NCBI GenBank assembly: GCA_951406725.2
Contig: OX597815.1
Location: 31,558,001 to 31,622,000 of the forward strand
DNA: 64,000 bases
Direction of reading: 5' to 3'
Source of the DNA: Octopus vulgaris
Lineage: Eukaryota
In this document: positions 27,372 to 44,080 of the stretch, piece by piece
How positions within the stretch are numbered: the first letter of the stretch is position 1
Layout: each line of letters begins with the position of its first letter
Program-made: the position numbers and the translations under genes
The notes under the pieces: model-generated
Database searches by the model: none
Seen by the model: only the letters and a program-made list of their open reading frames with translations
Told to the model about the DNA's origin: nothing

Positions 27372-28299
27372 CACACACACAAACACTCATATATACATGT
27401 GTGTGTGTGTTAGTATGTTTCCTTTGCTTATCACCACGGCCGCCACCGCTTGAGAATCAAGATTGATTTGTTCGACTAAACTTCTCAAGGTGGTGCCCCA
27501 GCATGACCGCAGTCGAATGACTGAAACAATTAAAAGATAAAAGATAAAGATAAAATACATGTATAGGATTGGATGAATGCGTTTTGAAAGTAAAGAACTA
27601 CGCAACATTAATAGGCAAGTACTATACTGTGCACAGATGAATGACCGTAGTAGATGAAAAACAAATGGAACATAGCCGTGCTAATTAAGCAAAAACTACG
27701 TGGCTGTGTGCGTCCTTGTGCGCGCACAGCAGCCACAACCGTGTTTGTCAGAGAAAGTGTGTGTGTGTGTGTTTTGTGACTAACTGTTCTGTCAGTTTGG
27801 CTGTCAGTCTACCGGCGTCTGGACTGTCCGACTGCCGACACGGTTTTTAAGTATGATTGTAATAACTTGATAACAATTCACCAGATTTATACTTTATGGA
27901 TATAAGTTTCTAATCCTCAAATGTGCTATTGGGGCATGGCAAGGGAAGGTAGGAGACGAAAAGATGAACTAAGGAGTGAACGATGAAAATAAAAAAATAA
28001 TAATGAATAAATATATAAATGAAATAAAATGATATGGACTGCTTAGATGTGCACATCTGGTGTGGAAAGGTTTCTAGTTTGACAAGAACTCCCAATGGAC
28101 TCTCCAGCACAGTGATTCATTGTAGAGTCACGTGCCAAATTGTGCGATAGGCATTATTTTTAAGTACAGTAAGGATTCTACTATATATTTTCCGTGTGTT
28201 GGTTGATATCTTTTTGTCTCTTCCTCTTTCTTTTTCCCACTCTCACTCACTCAGTCGCTCATTCACACATTTTTTCTCTATATCTACCTATCTCTTTAT

Positions 28300-28980
28300 T
28301 AATATCTGCTCTGTGACCTCACATGGTATCCAGTATCGAAGAAATCGCCACAGTTAACGTTCCTCTTGAACAGTTGCAACTCGATGAAAAAATCCTGTGC
28401 AAGGACGAAATTTCTGAGGATTGGGTGTAATGGTTTGTTGGGGGCCCTGACAAGATAGACACAGTATGAGTGACAAATAGAGAAGTGATGAGAGTCTGGG
28501 ATGTCTGAGTGGCGGTGTCCCGAGATCAATCAGCTCTGAGGGTCAAAGGCAATGTTATAGTAACCGTAGGAAAAACAGAAAGAAAGAAAGAAAGAATGGT
28601 GAGATGACAGCCTTCTATTGACAGTAAAATGCAATGCATTAGTGAACGATTTCATGACAATCAGCTGAATACTCTTTGAATGCCTGTGTATGTTTATTTG
28701 TATCACCGACCCAGGTTATTGTTTGCTCCATTGTGGACCATACTTCATCTTCCTTCATAGGGATACAGAATTTGTAGGAGCAGAAGTTAGCTAGTGGAGG
28801 TAAGAAAGTGGTCCGTCCCGGATGACTCTTTTTTTTTTTTTTTGGCAGAGAGGCATTTTTTGGTCTGCTGTATGAGTCTGTATAGAGAGCGGCAAGCTTA
28901 AGGGCTGCGCACACACTAGTTCTGTTGGAGGTGGAGATCTGACGTATCTGGTTCTGAAGAGGAAGTTCACGTTTGAGCTA
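28300..28980 (-). mobile_element. Decayed Penelope-like retroelement (RT thumb to GIY-YIG linker)
   Basis: Peptides LYTDSYSRPK...SHP (cf. L.T.LY.KPT...S.HP), YLVRAP (cf. NL.D.LVRA) and FKRNVNC in the expected order; frameshifted. Confidence 0.4.
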
Positions 28981-29374
28981 ACGGAAAATGTCTTTTGAAG
29001 TTACTGTTTATGAAGTCAGCGCAAGTTTGTATGGAACATACTTGGTTATGAAAGAATAGGGAAAAATAAATTATTGTTCTTCTCAATCCTGATTTAATTT
29101 CAATTGATCAACATTTGTTTTTGAATCACTACATTATGTTAACCTGCGTTTAATTATATATTCTTCAAAAGGAAGGCACTTCTGAAAAATTTTCTAATGT
29201 CAAGGTTCCTAGCGTTCGCTATGATGTACTTCCAGAGATGAGACCTACGGATGACTTGGCTCTATTACATGCTGCGATTTGCGCTAGGTTTCCTTTAAAG
29301 GCAGGAATCAAACCATAGTCTCTTAAGTAAACAGAAAAAAAATATCGTTACTTCCACTGCTTTCTTCTCGAACG

Positions 29375-29377
<3 letters not shown>

Positions 29378-29446
<69 letters not shown>
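29378..29446. repeat. (TTA)n microsatellite
   Basis: Direct reading. Confidence 0.95.
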
Positions 29447-29447
<1 letters not shown>

Positions 29448-31287
29448 CTGCTTTTATATTATCCTGCGTTCGAAAGCCTAACTCCGGAAGGAAATCAATT
29501 TTTTAACAGAACGGAACCAGTTTGAGCGTTATGCTTACAAGAAACCTAACTATGGAAGGAAACTGAAGACATTATCAACATTTTTTAATTTCTTGTATAA
29601 AACGGAACAAATTCGTTTAATAAAATGAAATCAGTGTTACGCCTTCGTAGACATAACTGAAATCTTTTTGCAAACTGAAACAAGTTTGAACGTTACGCTT
29701 TCATTAAGCTTATGGAATCGTAAAAGTTTGCGTGTATAACGAGATGGAAAAAAAAAGCATCGAAGACGAAGTCGAAGGCTTTAATTTGATGAAACAATGG
29801 TATAAAGATCTAAAAATCTATGCATCAAAATAGAAATAATACCATCTATAAAACGTGTAATTTCCACAAGATCTTGCAAGTTTTTATTATCAAAGCTAAC
29901 AGAATATCTCCCGGTATTTGTTCCGATTCCTTACATTCTATGTTGAAACCAGACCGATGCCAACTCTGCTCTTCATCATTTGAAGGTCGCTAAAATAAAA
30001 TTACAATCGTGTACAGGAGTCGATTTAATCGACTAACGCATTCACTTAATTCTGGCCCTTGTGTCTATTTTAGAAATAATTATTAGTACAGACAAATTAA
30101 CTGGCTAATATATGTGGGTGCAACGACAGAAAAATATATATTTGTGGTGTTTAGTTATCTCCCTTGATATTCTGAATTTGAATCCTGTCGAAATCTCGAC
30201 TTTACTTTTGAACCTTTCTAGGTCGATAAAAGAAGTAGCAATTAGGTCGATAAAAGAAGTAGCAATTAGGAAATTGGTCAATTAAAACTATTAGTACACT
30301 CTTCGAGAAGCAGAAACTCAAGAGTAGCTACAGAAGGAAACTTTAGGATCAAATTAATAAATGTTTATACACTACTTATTGTATTGAGTTCTTATGTAAA
30401 TTCAAGCATGTATGTTTGTGTGTGCGCGTGGGTATATCTATATAAGGAAGGGAAAGTAAGAGAGGGAGAGAGATCAGTTTTTGCGAGTGGCTTATTTCTT
30501 TATTCATTAAATGTATTTGTAACTTTTATTCCAACAGAAAATATATGAATTGAAATTAAAAATAAAAGTTAAAATGATATATAAAGCTTGGAATAGGAAA
30601 AAAATTATAAAAAATAAAATTGTAAAGACAGTGGTTATATCAGTTTTGAATGAGTTGTAATAATTTCTCATGTAATTGCTATTTTGGACAAAAAACAACA
30701 AAACACTTACACAAACACCTACACACACACACATGCAGATATCAACGTACACACATGCACACAAATACACCTAAATTGATAATTAAAACTATTAGCCATG
30801 TCGAATAATAGAGAAAGGAAGCATATCTTTTTTGCATCAACCACCACTTTATTATTATTTTTTTTTTATGCAGCTGTTTATTTTATTGCATTTTATGTAT
30901 TTATTTAGTTTGATAGTTATTTCTGTTATGATATTTTATTATCTGAAGCATCGTTATACAACATTTGCATCTGGAAATGCCGATAAAATCTTTAATTATG
31001 GCGGAGTGACATGCTTGCTAGACGGACAATTCTGAATAGAAATGGGTGGAGAAGAGGAAATTGATTTATGAGTGAAATATCATAAAATCTGCTGGAGTAA
31101 GGAATAAATAATAAATAGATAAATAAATAAATAAATAACCGTGGAAAATAACATTGTTGACCTAAAACAGGTGGGGGAAGGATACCTTGCGGTTAGAAGC
31201 TTTCGGGATGTTTCGAGCTTTTCTGAGTGGATCTCTTCCAATATCTTTTTTCGTTTTCATCAAGTAACAAATTTTAATATCTATCTA

Positions 31288-31350
<63 letters not shown>

Positions 31351-31536
31351 CCCTGTCTATTTATCTCTCTGTCTATCTATTTATCTATCTGTCTCTGTTT
31401 GACTGTTTCCCTATCTATCTAGCTATCTACCAATCTGTCCATCTATTTGTATGTCTGTCTGTTCGTGTATCTATTTATATATCTGCTTCTCTCTCTCTCT
31501 CTCCTTCTCCCTCTCTCTCTCTCTCCTCTCTCCTTC

Positions 31537-31571
<35 letters not shown>

Positions 31572-32665
31572 GTATGTATACGTGTGCGTGTGCATACATG
31601 CGTGCGTTTTTTTTATAAAACATTTATAAATACAGTTATGTAATTAACACTTCTCATATTTGTATGTATGTATGTATGTATACATGCATGTTTGTTTGTT
31701 CTTTTTCCTCTTGAAAGGCTCACGAAGAAAACAATCATTGACGTCATCATCATCATTATTAACGTCCGTTTTATGAAAGGAATGTTCAATATTTCAATAT
31801 TTCAATGAGTGTTTTGTGCGGAAAAGGACGTGTTTGACAGGTCGAAGTTAACGGTGTAATGCTTAATATGTCTTTACTAGCAGTGTCCACTAATTTCAAT
31901 TAATCCTCTACAAGCATGGTTGTTTGCCGGAGCGATCGCTCTCCAAATACGAAGAAGTTAGACGCGTCAGTCCTTTTTGAAACTCTTTCGTATTCTCTTG
32001 TCTTTAACCTGAAGAGCTGCTTTAGTATATGTACAATTCATTAATCAAGCTCCAACTAATGAACCAACCGATGTGAGTGTCACGCTAACAAAATGGGTTA
32101 GACAAGTTTCGGACATGTTTGATCACATGTCCTTATTATTAGAGTCGACTTGAGATTAAGTAACAACAACAAATCAAAGAATGAAAATTATTTCAATCGT
32201 TTTCCTTTTACAATGATAATTTTGTAGTAACACCTTGTTTTTAAGATAAAAGAAGGCTAGAAGTTTTAGGAGCTAGGATACGTTTCTCTTGGAGTACAGA
32301 TTCTACAGATTTTTCTGTACTGTCAGTTCGAGCCTTACAACGCTAAATACTCTGGGAATGACATCAATATCACAAATCACGTAATTCTATGCAAAAGAAT
32401 TGAAGTGGTTTTTCAGAAGAGATCATCGCAAAGATAAGTTTTCACCAAACAGAAACTCTGACTGGTATCAATTTCCGATTGGAATTACTCCACTTCCTTT
32501 ACGTCATTATTGCTCTAAGTGAAGATATGAAACACACTAATGTCATCATTTCTCATATGTAAGAAACAATTATTAGCTATTGATCCCTTATCTACCGCTA
32601 GCTCTTATCTTTATCTCTATCACTCATATTCTAATTATCTTAATTGTAATTACAAAATCACAGAA

Positions 32666-32698
<33 letters not shown>

Positions 32699-33060
32699 GG
32701 TACAGAAGTGGCTGTGTGGTAAGTAGCTTGCTTACCAACCCCACATGGTTCCTGGTTCAGTACCACTGCGTGGCCCCTTGGGTAGGTGTCTTCTATTATA
32801 TCCATGGGCCGACCAAAGCCTTGTGAGTGGATTTGGTAGACGGAAAATGAAAGAAGCATGACCTATATATATATGTGTGTGTGTTTGTACCCCTACCATC
32901 GCTTGACAACCGATGCTGGTGTGTTTACGTCCTCGTAACTTAGCTGTTCGGCAAAAGACCGATAAAATAATTACTAGGCTTACAAAGAATAAGTTCTTTG
33001 TTCGACTAAAGGCGGTGCTCCAGTACGGCCGCAGTCAAATCACTGGAACAAATAAAAGAT
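32699..33060 (+). mobile_element. Family B SINE
   Basis: Colinear with 26801-27220. Confidence 0.92.
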
Positions 33061-33783
33061 ATATATATATATGTATGTATGTATGTATATTGATGCTGCG
33101 GGTAAGACTTCAAAAGTTACAGACAATGGTGGGATATAACAACTAATTAACATTATTATCTTTGCTCCTTTACAATTCCTTACCTTCCGATTTCCACTCC
33201 TACTGAGGCCAGCTCGTCTGTCATCCTTTCGGAATCAATAGAATAAAGTATCACTAACTACTGGATTCGATATAATCGACAGTATCTCTCTCTCCCTCCC
33301 AAATTTGTGATTCTGTTGAGTTTTAAAATTTTAATCGCTATTCCGAATAAAATCTCGTTTCTGAAGTCTTTTGAAGAATATAGCGTTCAGAAGATGAAGC
33401 CATTGATACCCCATTTGATTCTTACTACTCTAGTAACGAGGATTTATATTCTCGAAGAAAAAACGCAATGTCGTAAAAGATGATAGCATAAAAAAAGTTT
33501 CACCCATCCGCTGTTGATAGCACAAATAGTCTCTGGTAAAACATTGCGGTCAGTTCTTTGCTCGGTGATCTCATCGTTGGAAACTTTCTATTGAGAGCCA
33601 ATACGTTGTAGGTAAATCCATCGCTATGACAAATATAGTGTTTTTAAATTCCTCAAAATTTTTATCCACAGAATTGATGCATCACTTAAACCGTTTTTTA
33701 AAGGCTTTTATTTCAACAACAAATACATCGCACTCCAAGAAATTGAATGATAAAAAAAATTTATTAATCTCAAAATTTCTTCA

Positions 33784-33835
<52 letters not shown>

Positions 33836-34032
33836 CCAAAATTAAAAAAAAACACAATTGCTTTCAAAAATAGAATAAGAAAATAAATAACAAAGTGTAG
33901 AAAGAAGATAAAGTTATTTAAAATTGGAGTAAGAAATAAATAGTATAAAAACATGAATAATGAGCAATGCCTCTTAAGTAAATTCGCGAATTTGATATTC
34001 TATGAGGATGCTAAAATCCTCACTATGCTATG

Positions 34033-35529
<1,497 letters not shown>

Positions 35530-35905
35530 CGAGCTTTCCGCATGTAGGCTTTCTTCACTGGCTATATGTTGTTTCTTTATTCTTCCTTTTAAGAATGCCT
35601 AAAAAACATATTTAAAATTGGAAGTAAGAATTTCCTCTGTTTTGTAATTTCTTTTTTGTTATCAATAAAATTCAACGTATTTGCTTTGCGAATAAAAAGC
35701 TTTAGATATCATTTAGCGATGTATTTATTCTATGGAAAAAATGTATGATGACGAATTTGTCAACGATGTATTGACACACGACAGAATTCCCATGCATGTA
35801 ACAATTCTTTGCCACGAAATTATCTTCCGATAAAATTCCAAGGCGATGAACTTACAGGTTATGAATTTCTCAAGACGTAAGTAAGTAAAACTGAACCAAA
35901 ACAAG

Positions 35906-36028
35906 TACATCGACCTCAGTGCGTAACTGGTACTTATTTTATCGACGCCGAAAGGATGAAAGGCAAAGTCGACCTCGGCGGAATTTGAACACAGAACGTA
36001 ACGGCAGACGAAATACGTAACGGCAGAC
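35906..36028 (-). mobile_element. Truncated family A SINE
   Basis: Near-identical body to 37850-37957; ends at GCAGACGAAATAC with a 14-bp local duplication. Confidence 0.88.
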
Positions 36029-36374
36029 AAAAACAAAGATAAATATATTGGATAAATACTATTAACCGAGTGTATATTTAGCTCTCCTTAATAGACGTAC
36101 TGGATAAAGTGATCGTGAATGTAATATGACGGAAGAGAAGACAATATGGTCACGGTTTGAATACTAGTTGAACTATGTAAGTTCGTGACACTAATGTGAC
36201 ATGTACCTTTAAGGAGTGTAAAGGAGGTTGGCATCAAAACTAAGCGTAGTCTGTTACATGCTTCTATGGCGAATGATTACAAGTGTCATCGCTGTTTCCT
36301 TTGGATGGTAATCACCGACATCTAAAAGAAAGAAAAATGAAACAGACAGCCACGGAAAGATGCGGTAAACGGAT

Positions 36375-36431
36375 ACACACACACACACACACACACATGT
36401 ATGCATACATACATACATATATATACATCAG

Positions 36432-36472
<41 letters not shown>

Positions 36473-36601
36473 ATATATATGTGTATATATATATATATGT
36501 GTATATATATGTGTGTGTGTATATATATGTGTGTATATATATGTGTGTATATGTATGTATATATATGTGTTTATATATATATGTGTGTATTTATATGTAT
36601 A

Positions 36602-36666
<65 letters not shown>

Positions 36667-36980
36667 GTGTGTGTGTGTGTGTGTATAGATATATATATGT
36701 GTGTATATATATATGTATATATATATATGTGTGTGTGTATATATATGTGTGTATATATATATATATTCGTATGTATATATATATATGTATGTATATGTGT
36801 GTGTGTGTGTAAATATAGATATATATGTGTGTATATATATATATATATGCATATGTACATACATATATATATGTATGTATGTGTATATATATATGTATGC
36901 ATATATATATGTATGTATGTGTATATATATATGTATGCATATATATATATATACACGCACACATATCCGTATGTATGTAT
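36375..36980. repeat. Compound TA/TG microsatellite
   Basis: Direct reading. Confidence 0.95.
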
Positions 36981-37775
36981 AAAGAGAGAGAAAAGGATGT
37001 GAAGACTCAGGCTTAAACGACAGCAGCAAATCACAGAAATAAGAAAGACAAGGGAGAGAGGATAAAATTATTCTTACAAAAACCAATACAGAGAGGGTGA
37101 GAAACACAGAGAGGAAAAGAGGCAGGAGAGAAAAAGTGAAAGAGATGGGACTGCGGACAATGCAATAGCAAAAATAAAATCCGGTAACAACGGAAAAGAC
37201 ATGAAAAAAAAATTATAAGGCGATAGCGGGGAAATGAACAGAGTAAAAGTGATACTGGGATTGAAAAGTAGACACGTAGATAAAATAGAAGAAAACTAGT
37301 CGAAAAAGTGGACGAATTAATTATACAAAGAGATGGTGTGAGAAATAAAAAAAAGGGAAAAGAGTGGAGGTGGTAGAACCTATCTTCTCTGGCTATGAAG
37401 TCGCTAGAAGTCATCAGCTAGTTTCTAAGCTTTCGTTTGATTTTAACAATCCGCGACAAGGAGTTTTGGGGTAAGGGCATCAAAGCAAGGAACAGCCAAA
37501 GGCTCGACTAAAGAAAGAGTTAATGAGCTTAAGATAAATATTTCTTAGCTGTCGACTTCATCAATCATCGTGGACATTTAGTAAATAATACTCTTACATT
37601 GGCACAGGGCCACAGATTTTTGTTTTTTCTTTTTTGTTTTGATTTTTGTTGTTGTTTTTTTAGTCGATGGATTCTCAATAAGACATGTATTTCGTATATA
37701 TTTTATCGATCTCGGGGGTGATATAAGTAAAGTCGAGATTTGAACTCAGAACGTTAAGAAGTGCCATGAAATACC

Positions 37776-38008
37776 TATTTATTTACTGCCCACAAGGGGC
37801 TAGACACAGAGGGGACAAACAAGGACAGACAAACGGATTAAATCGATTACATCGACCCCAGTGCGTAACTGGTACTTAATTTATCGACCTCGAAACGATG
37901 AAAGGCAAAGTCGACCTCGGCGGAATTTGAACTCAGAACGTAGCGGCAGACGAAATACTGCTAAGCATTTCGCCCGGTGTGCTAACGTTTCTGCCAGCTC
38001 GCCGCCTT
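37776..38008 (-). mobile_element. Full-length family A SINE with 15-bp TSD, nested in an older family A copy
   Basis: GTGCCATGAAATACC at 37761-37775 and 38009-38023; flanks (37665-37760, 38024-38070) are a decayed copy of the same family. Confidence 0.93.
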
Positions 38009-38677
38009 GTGCCATGAAATACCAGTGCCATATTGTATCCTGTTCGTATCTAACCAATACTGCCATCCACTATTCTAGTAAATAAAAATTATAATGATGG
38101 TTTCAAATTTTCGCACAATGCCAGCAATTATGGGGAGAAGGAAAAGTCGATTACATTGACCTCAGTACTCGACTAGTGCTTATTTTATCGACACTGAAAG
38201 GATAAAATAAGAACCAATCAAGTACTGAGGTTTACGTAATCAACTTCCCCTTCCCCTCAAAAATTGCTGGCCTTGAGCCATCCTTTTCTCGTATTTTTTC
38301 CTCCTTCCACACTGCTCTCTCTGCCATCGGTTTACCATCCCCTACCTTTTATCCTTATAGTAATCTCTCTCACTCAATCCATCACTGTTCTCGCGCTCTC
38401 TCTCTCTCTCACACTATTTCTCTCTCTCTCTCACTCTTTCTCTCTCTCTCTCACTCTTTCTCTCTCTCTCACTCTTTCTCTCTCTCTCTCTATCTTCACT
38501 CTCTCCACTTCTCTCTTCACCCCTCCTTTCCTTCTCACACACTCAATTGTATTGACAGTAATTTTGAAGAATCGCCCAGTTTATGGCTGATTCAAACTGT
38601 CTGAGTAAACCATAGACGTTATTAGACTCTACACCTGTATCGACACTTTTATCTTTCATCTATTATTTCTTATATTT

Positions 38678-39065
38678 TAATTGTCTCAGTCATTAGACTG
38701 CGGCCATACTGGGGTTCCGCTTTGAAGAAGCTTAATCGAATGACTTGAACCAGTACGTTTTTTTAAGGATGATACTTATTCTGTCAGTTGCTTTTGCCGA
38801 ACTGCTAAGTTTCGAGGACGTAAACACACAATCACCGGTGGGGACATACACAAACGCGCGCACACAGACACACACACACATATATATAATATACAAACAT
38901 ATATAAACACAATGGGTTTCTTTTCAGTTTCCATTTACCAGATCCCCTCATAAGACTTTGGTTGGCCCCGAGCTATAGTAGAAGACACTTGGCCACGGTG
39001 CCACGCAATAGTACTGAACTCAGAACTATTTGGCTGGGAAACAAACTTCTTACCACACTGCCATG
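38678..39065 (-). mobile_element. Diverged family B SINE
   Basis: Reverse complement aligns to 26801-27220. Confidence 0.85.
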
Positions 39066-39234
39066 TATGTAAATATGTGTATATATACTCACACACACAC
39101 ACCACTACGCATAGCAACGACGAATACATATGTGGTGGTGGTCGGGGTGGGGGAATTTATGCAACTACGTATGAAGGTTAATTACAGAGCAACTGTGAAT
39201 TTATTTAATCCAAAAATCGTTGATTACCAGAACT

Positions 39235-39575
39235 CTAACTCCACCCATCTAACACCCGTGGACATATTTACAAAGTCAGAAAACAGCACAGCTCCCATGA
39301 CTTCAGGAAACATTTTTTCACGCTGAGAGTTGCTGAAGCCTGGAACAAACTGCCGGCATCAGTTGTTAGTTGTCGGAGCACTGCATCCTTCAAAACTTCC
39401 ATGCTTTCTGAGATTCGCCAACACTACACCTGATTTCCTCCCCTCCATACACACACAAGCATGTATCTGACTCATACATTGTTCGCTTTCCAGACATTTT
39501 TACATTACTGCATGTACTTTATATGCACTTTCTGACAAGTTGTGGTGCACCTGAGCACTGTATACAAAATTTTCC

Positions 39576-39627
<52 letters not shown>
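39235..39627 (+). mobile_element. 5'-truncated CR1/L2-type LINE 3' end with (TTA)n tail
   Basis: 39248-39433 reads SNTRGHIYKVRKQHSSHDFRKHFFTLRVAEAWNKLPASVVSCRSTASFKTSMLSEIRQHYT*, the TRGH..RK.FF..RV...WN.LP ORF2 C-terminus, followed by a 3' UTR and tandem tail. Confidence 0.9.
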
Positions 39628-39628
<1 letters not shown>

Positions 39629-40652
39629 ACCGCCCTCAAACCAAACTTAACAACATACTGACATACATAGCTATAAACCAGTGTTACTCTGGGGTTATTT
39701 TATGAAGTGTTTTAAATCGTCATCATTAAAAGAAAAAAGAAACAAAAATGGAATTTCGTGCAAAGAAAAAACACAACACGTTTTCTGCAATTTCAAATAC
39801 GAGCATAAACAGAACAGCGAAATTGTTGAAAAGAAGCATTAAACAACACTGTGAGGTTATTGCTCCCTCCTGTCCACATCGTAATGAAGGAGATTTGTTT
39901 CTTGGGTGCCAGGACTTCTTTTATTTTTGATGCATTCAAAGAATGTTTTTAAATAAAAGAGCATGTATACAGACATACGACGCAGACCATTGCAGAACAA
40001 GTTGGTGAAACATGACTGCACTGTATAGAACGCCTTTAAAAACAAGAAGATCGTAAACAGAAGATATATTAATACTAAAATATATTTTACTGTTCTAGTT
40101 TTTAAAGAAGTTCTATGCAGCACAGCCATATTGTTCCAACTTGAGTTGCAACGGTGGTTTTCTTTGTATGCTAGTGTGTATGCTTTATAACGCAATTCTC
40201 AGCACACACGTACCCCTAATAACAAACTAAAACTAAACATCAACACACTACTATTTACTGCTTGCTGAAACCAAACGTCAAAATATTTAAAGTTCGTCTA
40301 TAACTAATGAGAAACAGACGCGTCATCGCCGCCATGGTTCTTTCGCCTCGAATAAAACGACAATAACAACCGACTCTAAAATCATTTCATCCAGAAGATA
40401 AGACTAGAAAGTTCTTGAAAGAGCGATGAACCTTGAAAATTTATTATTCCTAACAAAACACAAAGGACTAATAAAGAATTGCTAAAATTCCTTCGCAATA
40501 GAAATAATAAAACAAAAAAAATAGAGTAGATAAATAAAACAGGACTAGAGTCGTGTTTTCATTAATGTAGACATACATGCGCGCGCAGACGAATGTGCTG
40601 GTACGTGTATGTGTATATATGTGTATACAAACACACACACATACACACACAC

Positions 40653-40741
<89 letters not shown>

Positions 40742-40753
40742 GAGAGAGTGATG

Positions 40754-40797
<44 letters not shown>

Positions 40798-41644
40798 TAA
40801 AGGAGAAAGAGTGTGATATATACACACTCATATACGCACATGCCTATACATCAGTGTATTATTGAAAACAAGACTGTACTCTAATTTTAACAAACACATA
40901 AAGCTATTTGTATGTGTACATTATATATATATTATGTACGTACGCCTGTAAGTAAGTATTTATGTACGTACGCATGTATGTACGTATATGTGTATGTTGC
41001 CACAAACCCTATACATATTCTATAATTAGGCGCCATTTAAGCATATATTAATAAAATGGTAAATACTATTGCTGTTACCGATTAGGAAACGTCAGCATTT
41101 CGTTCGATTAACCTATGTAACAAATAAATTTACCCGAAAATATTCCGCCTCTTTTTAAATTTTATTTGTTTTCTTCTTGTTTTTTTTTAAAAATAAAATA
41201 TAAACACCGTAAAGCTATTTGCCTCTAGGGAAATAAAAACACTGCTTCAATGTTCAAACTGTAGTTTCGTCTGAGGCGATAAACCACATTACAGTTAGAG
41301 AACAATGAATACTTACTTGCTTGTGTGTGTGTGAGTGTATGTATGTGTGTGTGAGTATGTGTGTACATATGTATGAATATGTAGTATATGTAGATATACA
41401 TAGAAATATATACCTATATGTTAAGTATATATAAATACATATATGTGTGTGTGTGTGTATATAGATATAGATACAAAGACACATATACACATATATATAT
41501 GTACGTAAGTTCGTGTGTGTATGCATAGATTTTTACGTGCGTATGAGTATGAATATATGAATATGTATATATCTGTATATTTGTATATAAATATACATAC
41601 ATTCACACATATATATACATACACACACGCCCATATATACATAC

Positions 41645-41685
<41 letters not shown>

Positions 41686-41787
41686 CATAAGTATATCCAC
41701 ACGTGTGTGATATTGTAGAAACATGGTTACGTTCCTTGTCGCCTTAATAAGTATAAAATACGATACAAGAACACTGCTGGAAGAAGT

Positions 41788-41829
<42 letters not shown>

Positions 41830-42095
41830 ACATGATTTCATTTTATTTTATTGGCCTCAAGGGCCCAAGCCGTTAGGCGCAGCACAAGGAAGAGTGTACA
41901 AACATTTGGTCTCTCTTTGTGCGTTTGTTCTTTGTAATTAAATTGCGAAATTATTTATAGAATCTTGTTATGAATTTATGTTATTTGGGAAGAAACCACA
42001 TCTCCCTTATGTGCGTCCGTACACTTTATGCACCCGCGCACATTTCTAAAACAAATCAGTGCAAATATAAGATTTGTCTTTATTTAACATAAAAC

Positions 42096-42096
<1 letters not shown>

Positions 42097-42130
<34 letters not shown>

Positions 42131-42159
42131 TGGTAGTGGTGGTGGTGGTGGTGGCGGCG

Positions 42160-42213
<54 letters not shown>
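42097..42213. repeat. Compound trinucleotide (AGT)n(GGT)n(GGC)n(AGC)n(AGT)n
   Basis: Direct reading. Confidence 0.95.
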
Positions 42214-42214
<1 letters not shown>

Positions 42215-42434
42215 AGACTGCCATCGGATGAAACTGTATCACAAAATCAGACATTTTGCTTAGTATTGGTGGAGCATTTGGGTCGGTTTTATTGATCTCT
42301 GTGTCATCTAACTGGTACTTTATTTTATCGATCAGGGATAGAGAATGTCTAATTTGATCCTAGCGTTTTAGATTTCAGGGCATTAGAACATCTTGGATAG
42401 GGCCAAACGAAATCCTGCAATACAAGTATTAACC

Positions 42435-42615
42435 GGTGTTGCTGTTTAGCTCCCGATATCTGTAATTGAGCAGTTCTATGTTCAAAGGCGTTCCAGCCGT
42501 AACCTTTTGTGTATCAAGGACTACATTATCCAATGCATCGTTTGAAGATGGTTTGTGACTGGAGAGGTTTGGCTACTATTTCTAGCATGCTCAGCAACCA
42601 TATAGATGTTCCCTT
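42435..42615 (-). mobile_element. Old interspersed repeat (family E)
   Basis: TTTGGCTACTATTTCTAGCA and GACTACATTATCCA motifs recur at ~11820, 48700-48870 and 63740-63830. Confidence 0.6.
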
Positions 42616-43385
42616 GTAACGATTTTTGACTTTCGCACAATGAAGGCAGTTTATTATAGTTTATTGCAGGAAGGAAGATAGTCTATTCAAGTCGCCCCGA
42701 TATTTGACTGGTAATTTAGCTAATTTGACCCAGGTGGGACTGAATTTTAGACCAAGTACAAGTGCGAAAATGTTTATTGTAGGGGCTCAGTCGATCAAAT
42801 CATTGGAACAAGCCCAGAAATTCGAAAGGTGGAGTCGGGATGGGTGCATTGTGTTACTGAAAAGCCCACTAGAGATAAAAGCGAAGATAGCCCGTGACAG
42901 GATATAAGATGAGTTCATATCTTAGTGCGGTTATAACTTAGAGAAAGCCGATCGGCCATGAAAAGTTTACTTGAATTAGATATACAAAAAGGACCCTTTA
43001 TGCAGTCGCTCGAGCCAGATCTCCCTGTTATGAAAGAACATACTGCAGAATGTTTCTTGGTACAGTATGCTTGCAAGAAGGAAAGGTTTGGTCGTATCTG
43101 GAGCGCCTTTGTTTATAAATCTGGCCGAACAGGATTGAATTAAGGTTCAGCAACAATATTAAATAGACCACATATAGTCAAAACCTCCATAGTTTTCAAG
43201 AGACTCGGTATATGAGACCTGGGAGCACCATCCACGTTAGCCAAGCTATGCTATTCAATTTCACAGCTTTCCACTCTAACCAATATTGTATACATATTTT
43301 AATCTCGTGTTAGTATTTATTTTTCTATATGTCAGTTACTAATAGTTATTTCATTTATCAAAGACTCGTTTATAGTTATATACTT

Positions 43386-43420
<35 letters not shown>

Positions 43421-43669
43421 TATTCACATGCACGCACACACGCATTTTGACCCAGGGAAGATTTGTTTTGTGAGAGCAAAAAATTGTCTGTACCGGCCTC
43501 TCCGATAGTTCTGCATTTTTACAGTTAGACTTTCTCCATGACAATAGATTTTTTTTTCCATAACGCATTTGTAGTGGTTTCATGTAGGCATAGCATGGAT
43601 TCGATCCTCGATTGCCAAATTTCACTTAACATTTCAACAGAACTTTTCTCATGCTAAAACAATAGTTTT

Positions 43670-44080
43670 TCTGTGAACGACAACCTCTCTCGACAACCTC
43701 TGACAACCACCCTCACCAACCCAAACGGTAAATTAATCAATTAATTAACAATTAATAATTTTACTAAGTAGTTCGGTATGTTAAAAGAATCATTATCGGT
43801 AAACTTTAACAAAACATTTTTTATAATTATGCGTATAATTGTAATTAGGATTCAGCAAAAATTTGCTTCACCACATACCAAAATTTAGAAATAGCAGTTA
43901 AAACTAACTATTTCTCTACCATAAGAAAATCTCTCAGACAACAATACTCAACAACTCACGCAGGCAAAGGAGGAAAAATAACGAATCCATCCGGCTTTGA
44001 TTAACTGTATACGCGTTTCGGAGTTAGATAGATGAGAAAAATGTAAATACCACATTATACTCATAATTATAAAAATGTAT
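43670..44080. mobile_element. TA-associated interspersed repeat, possibly Penelope-related
   Basis: Shares sequence with the 27234 hairpin; minus-strand CGAAACGCGTA half-hammerhead at ~44010-44020. Confidence 0.45.

Noticed and set aside
30219-30270. 24-bp tandem duplication (also small duplications at ~1455-1575 and 57780-57815)
   Set aside because: Ordinary slippage duplications within decayed repeats
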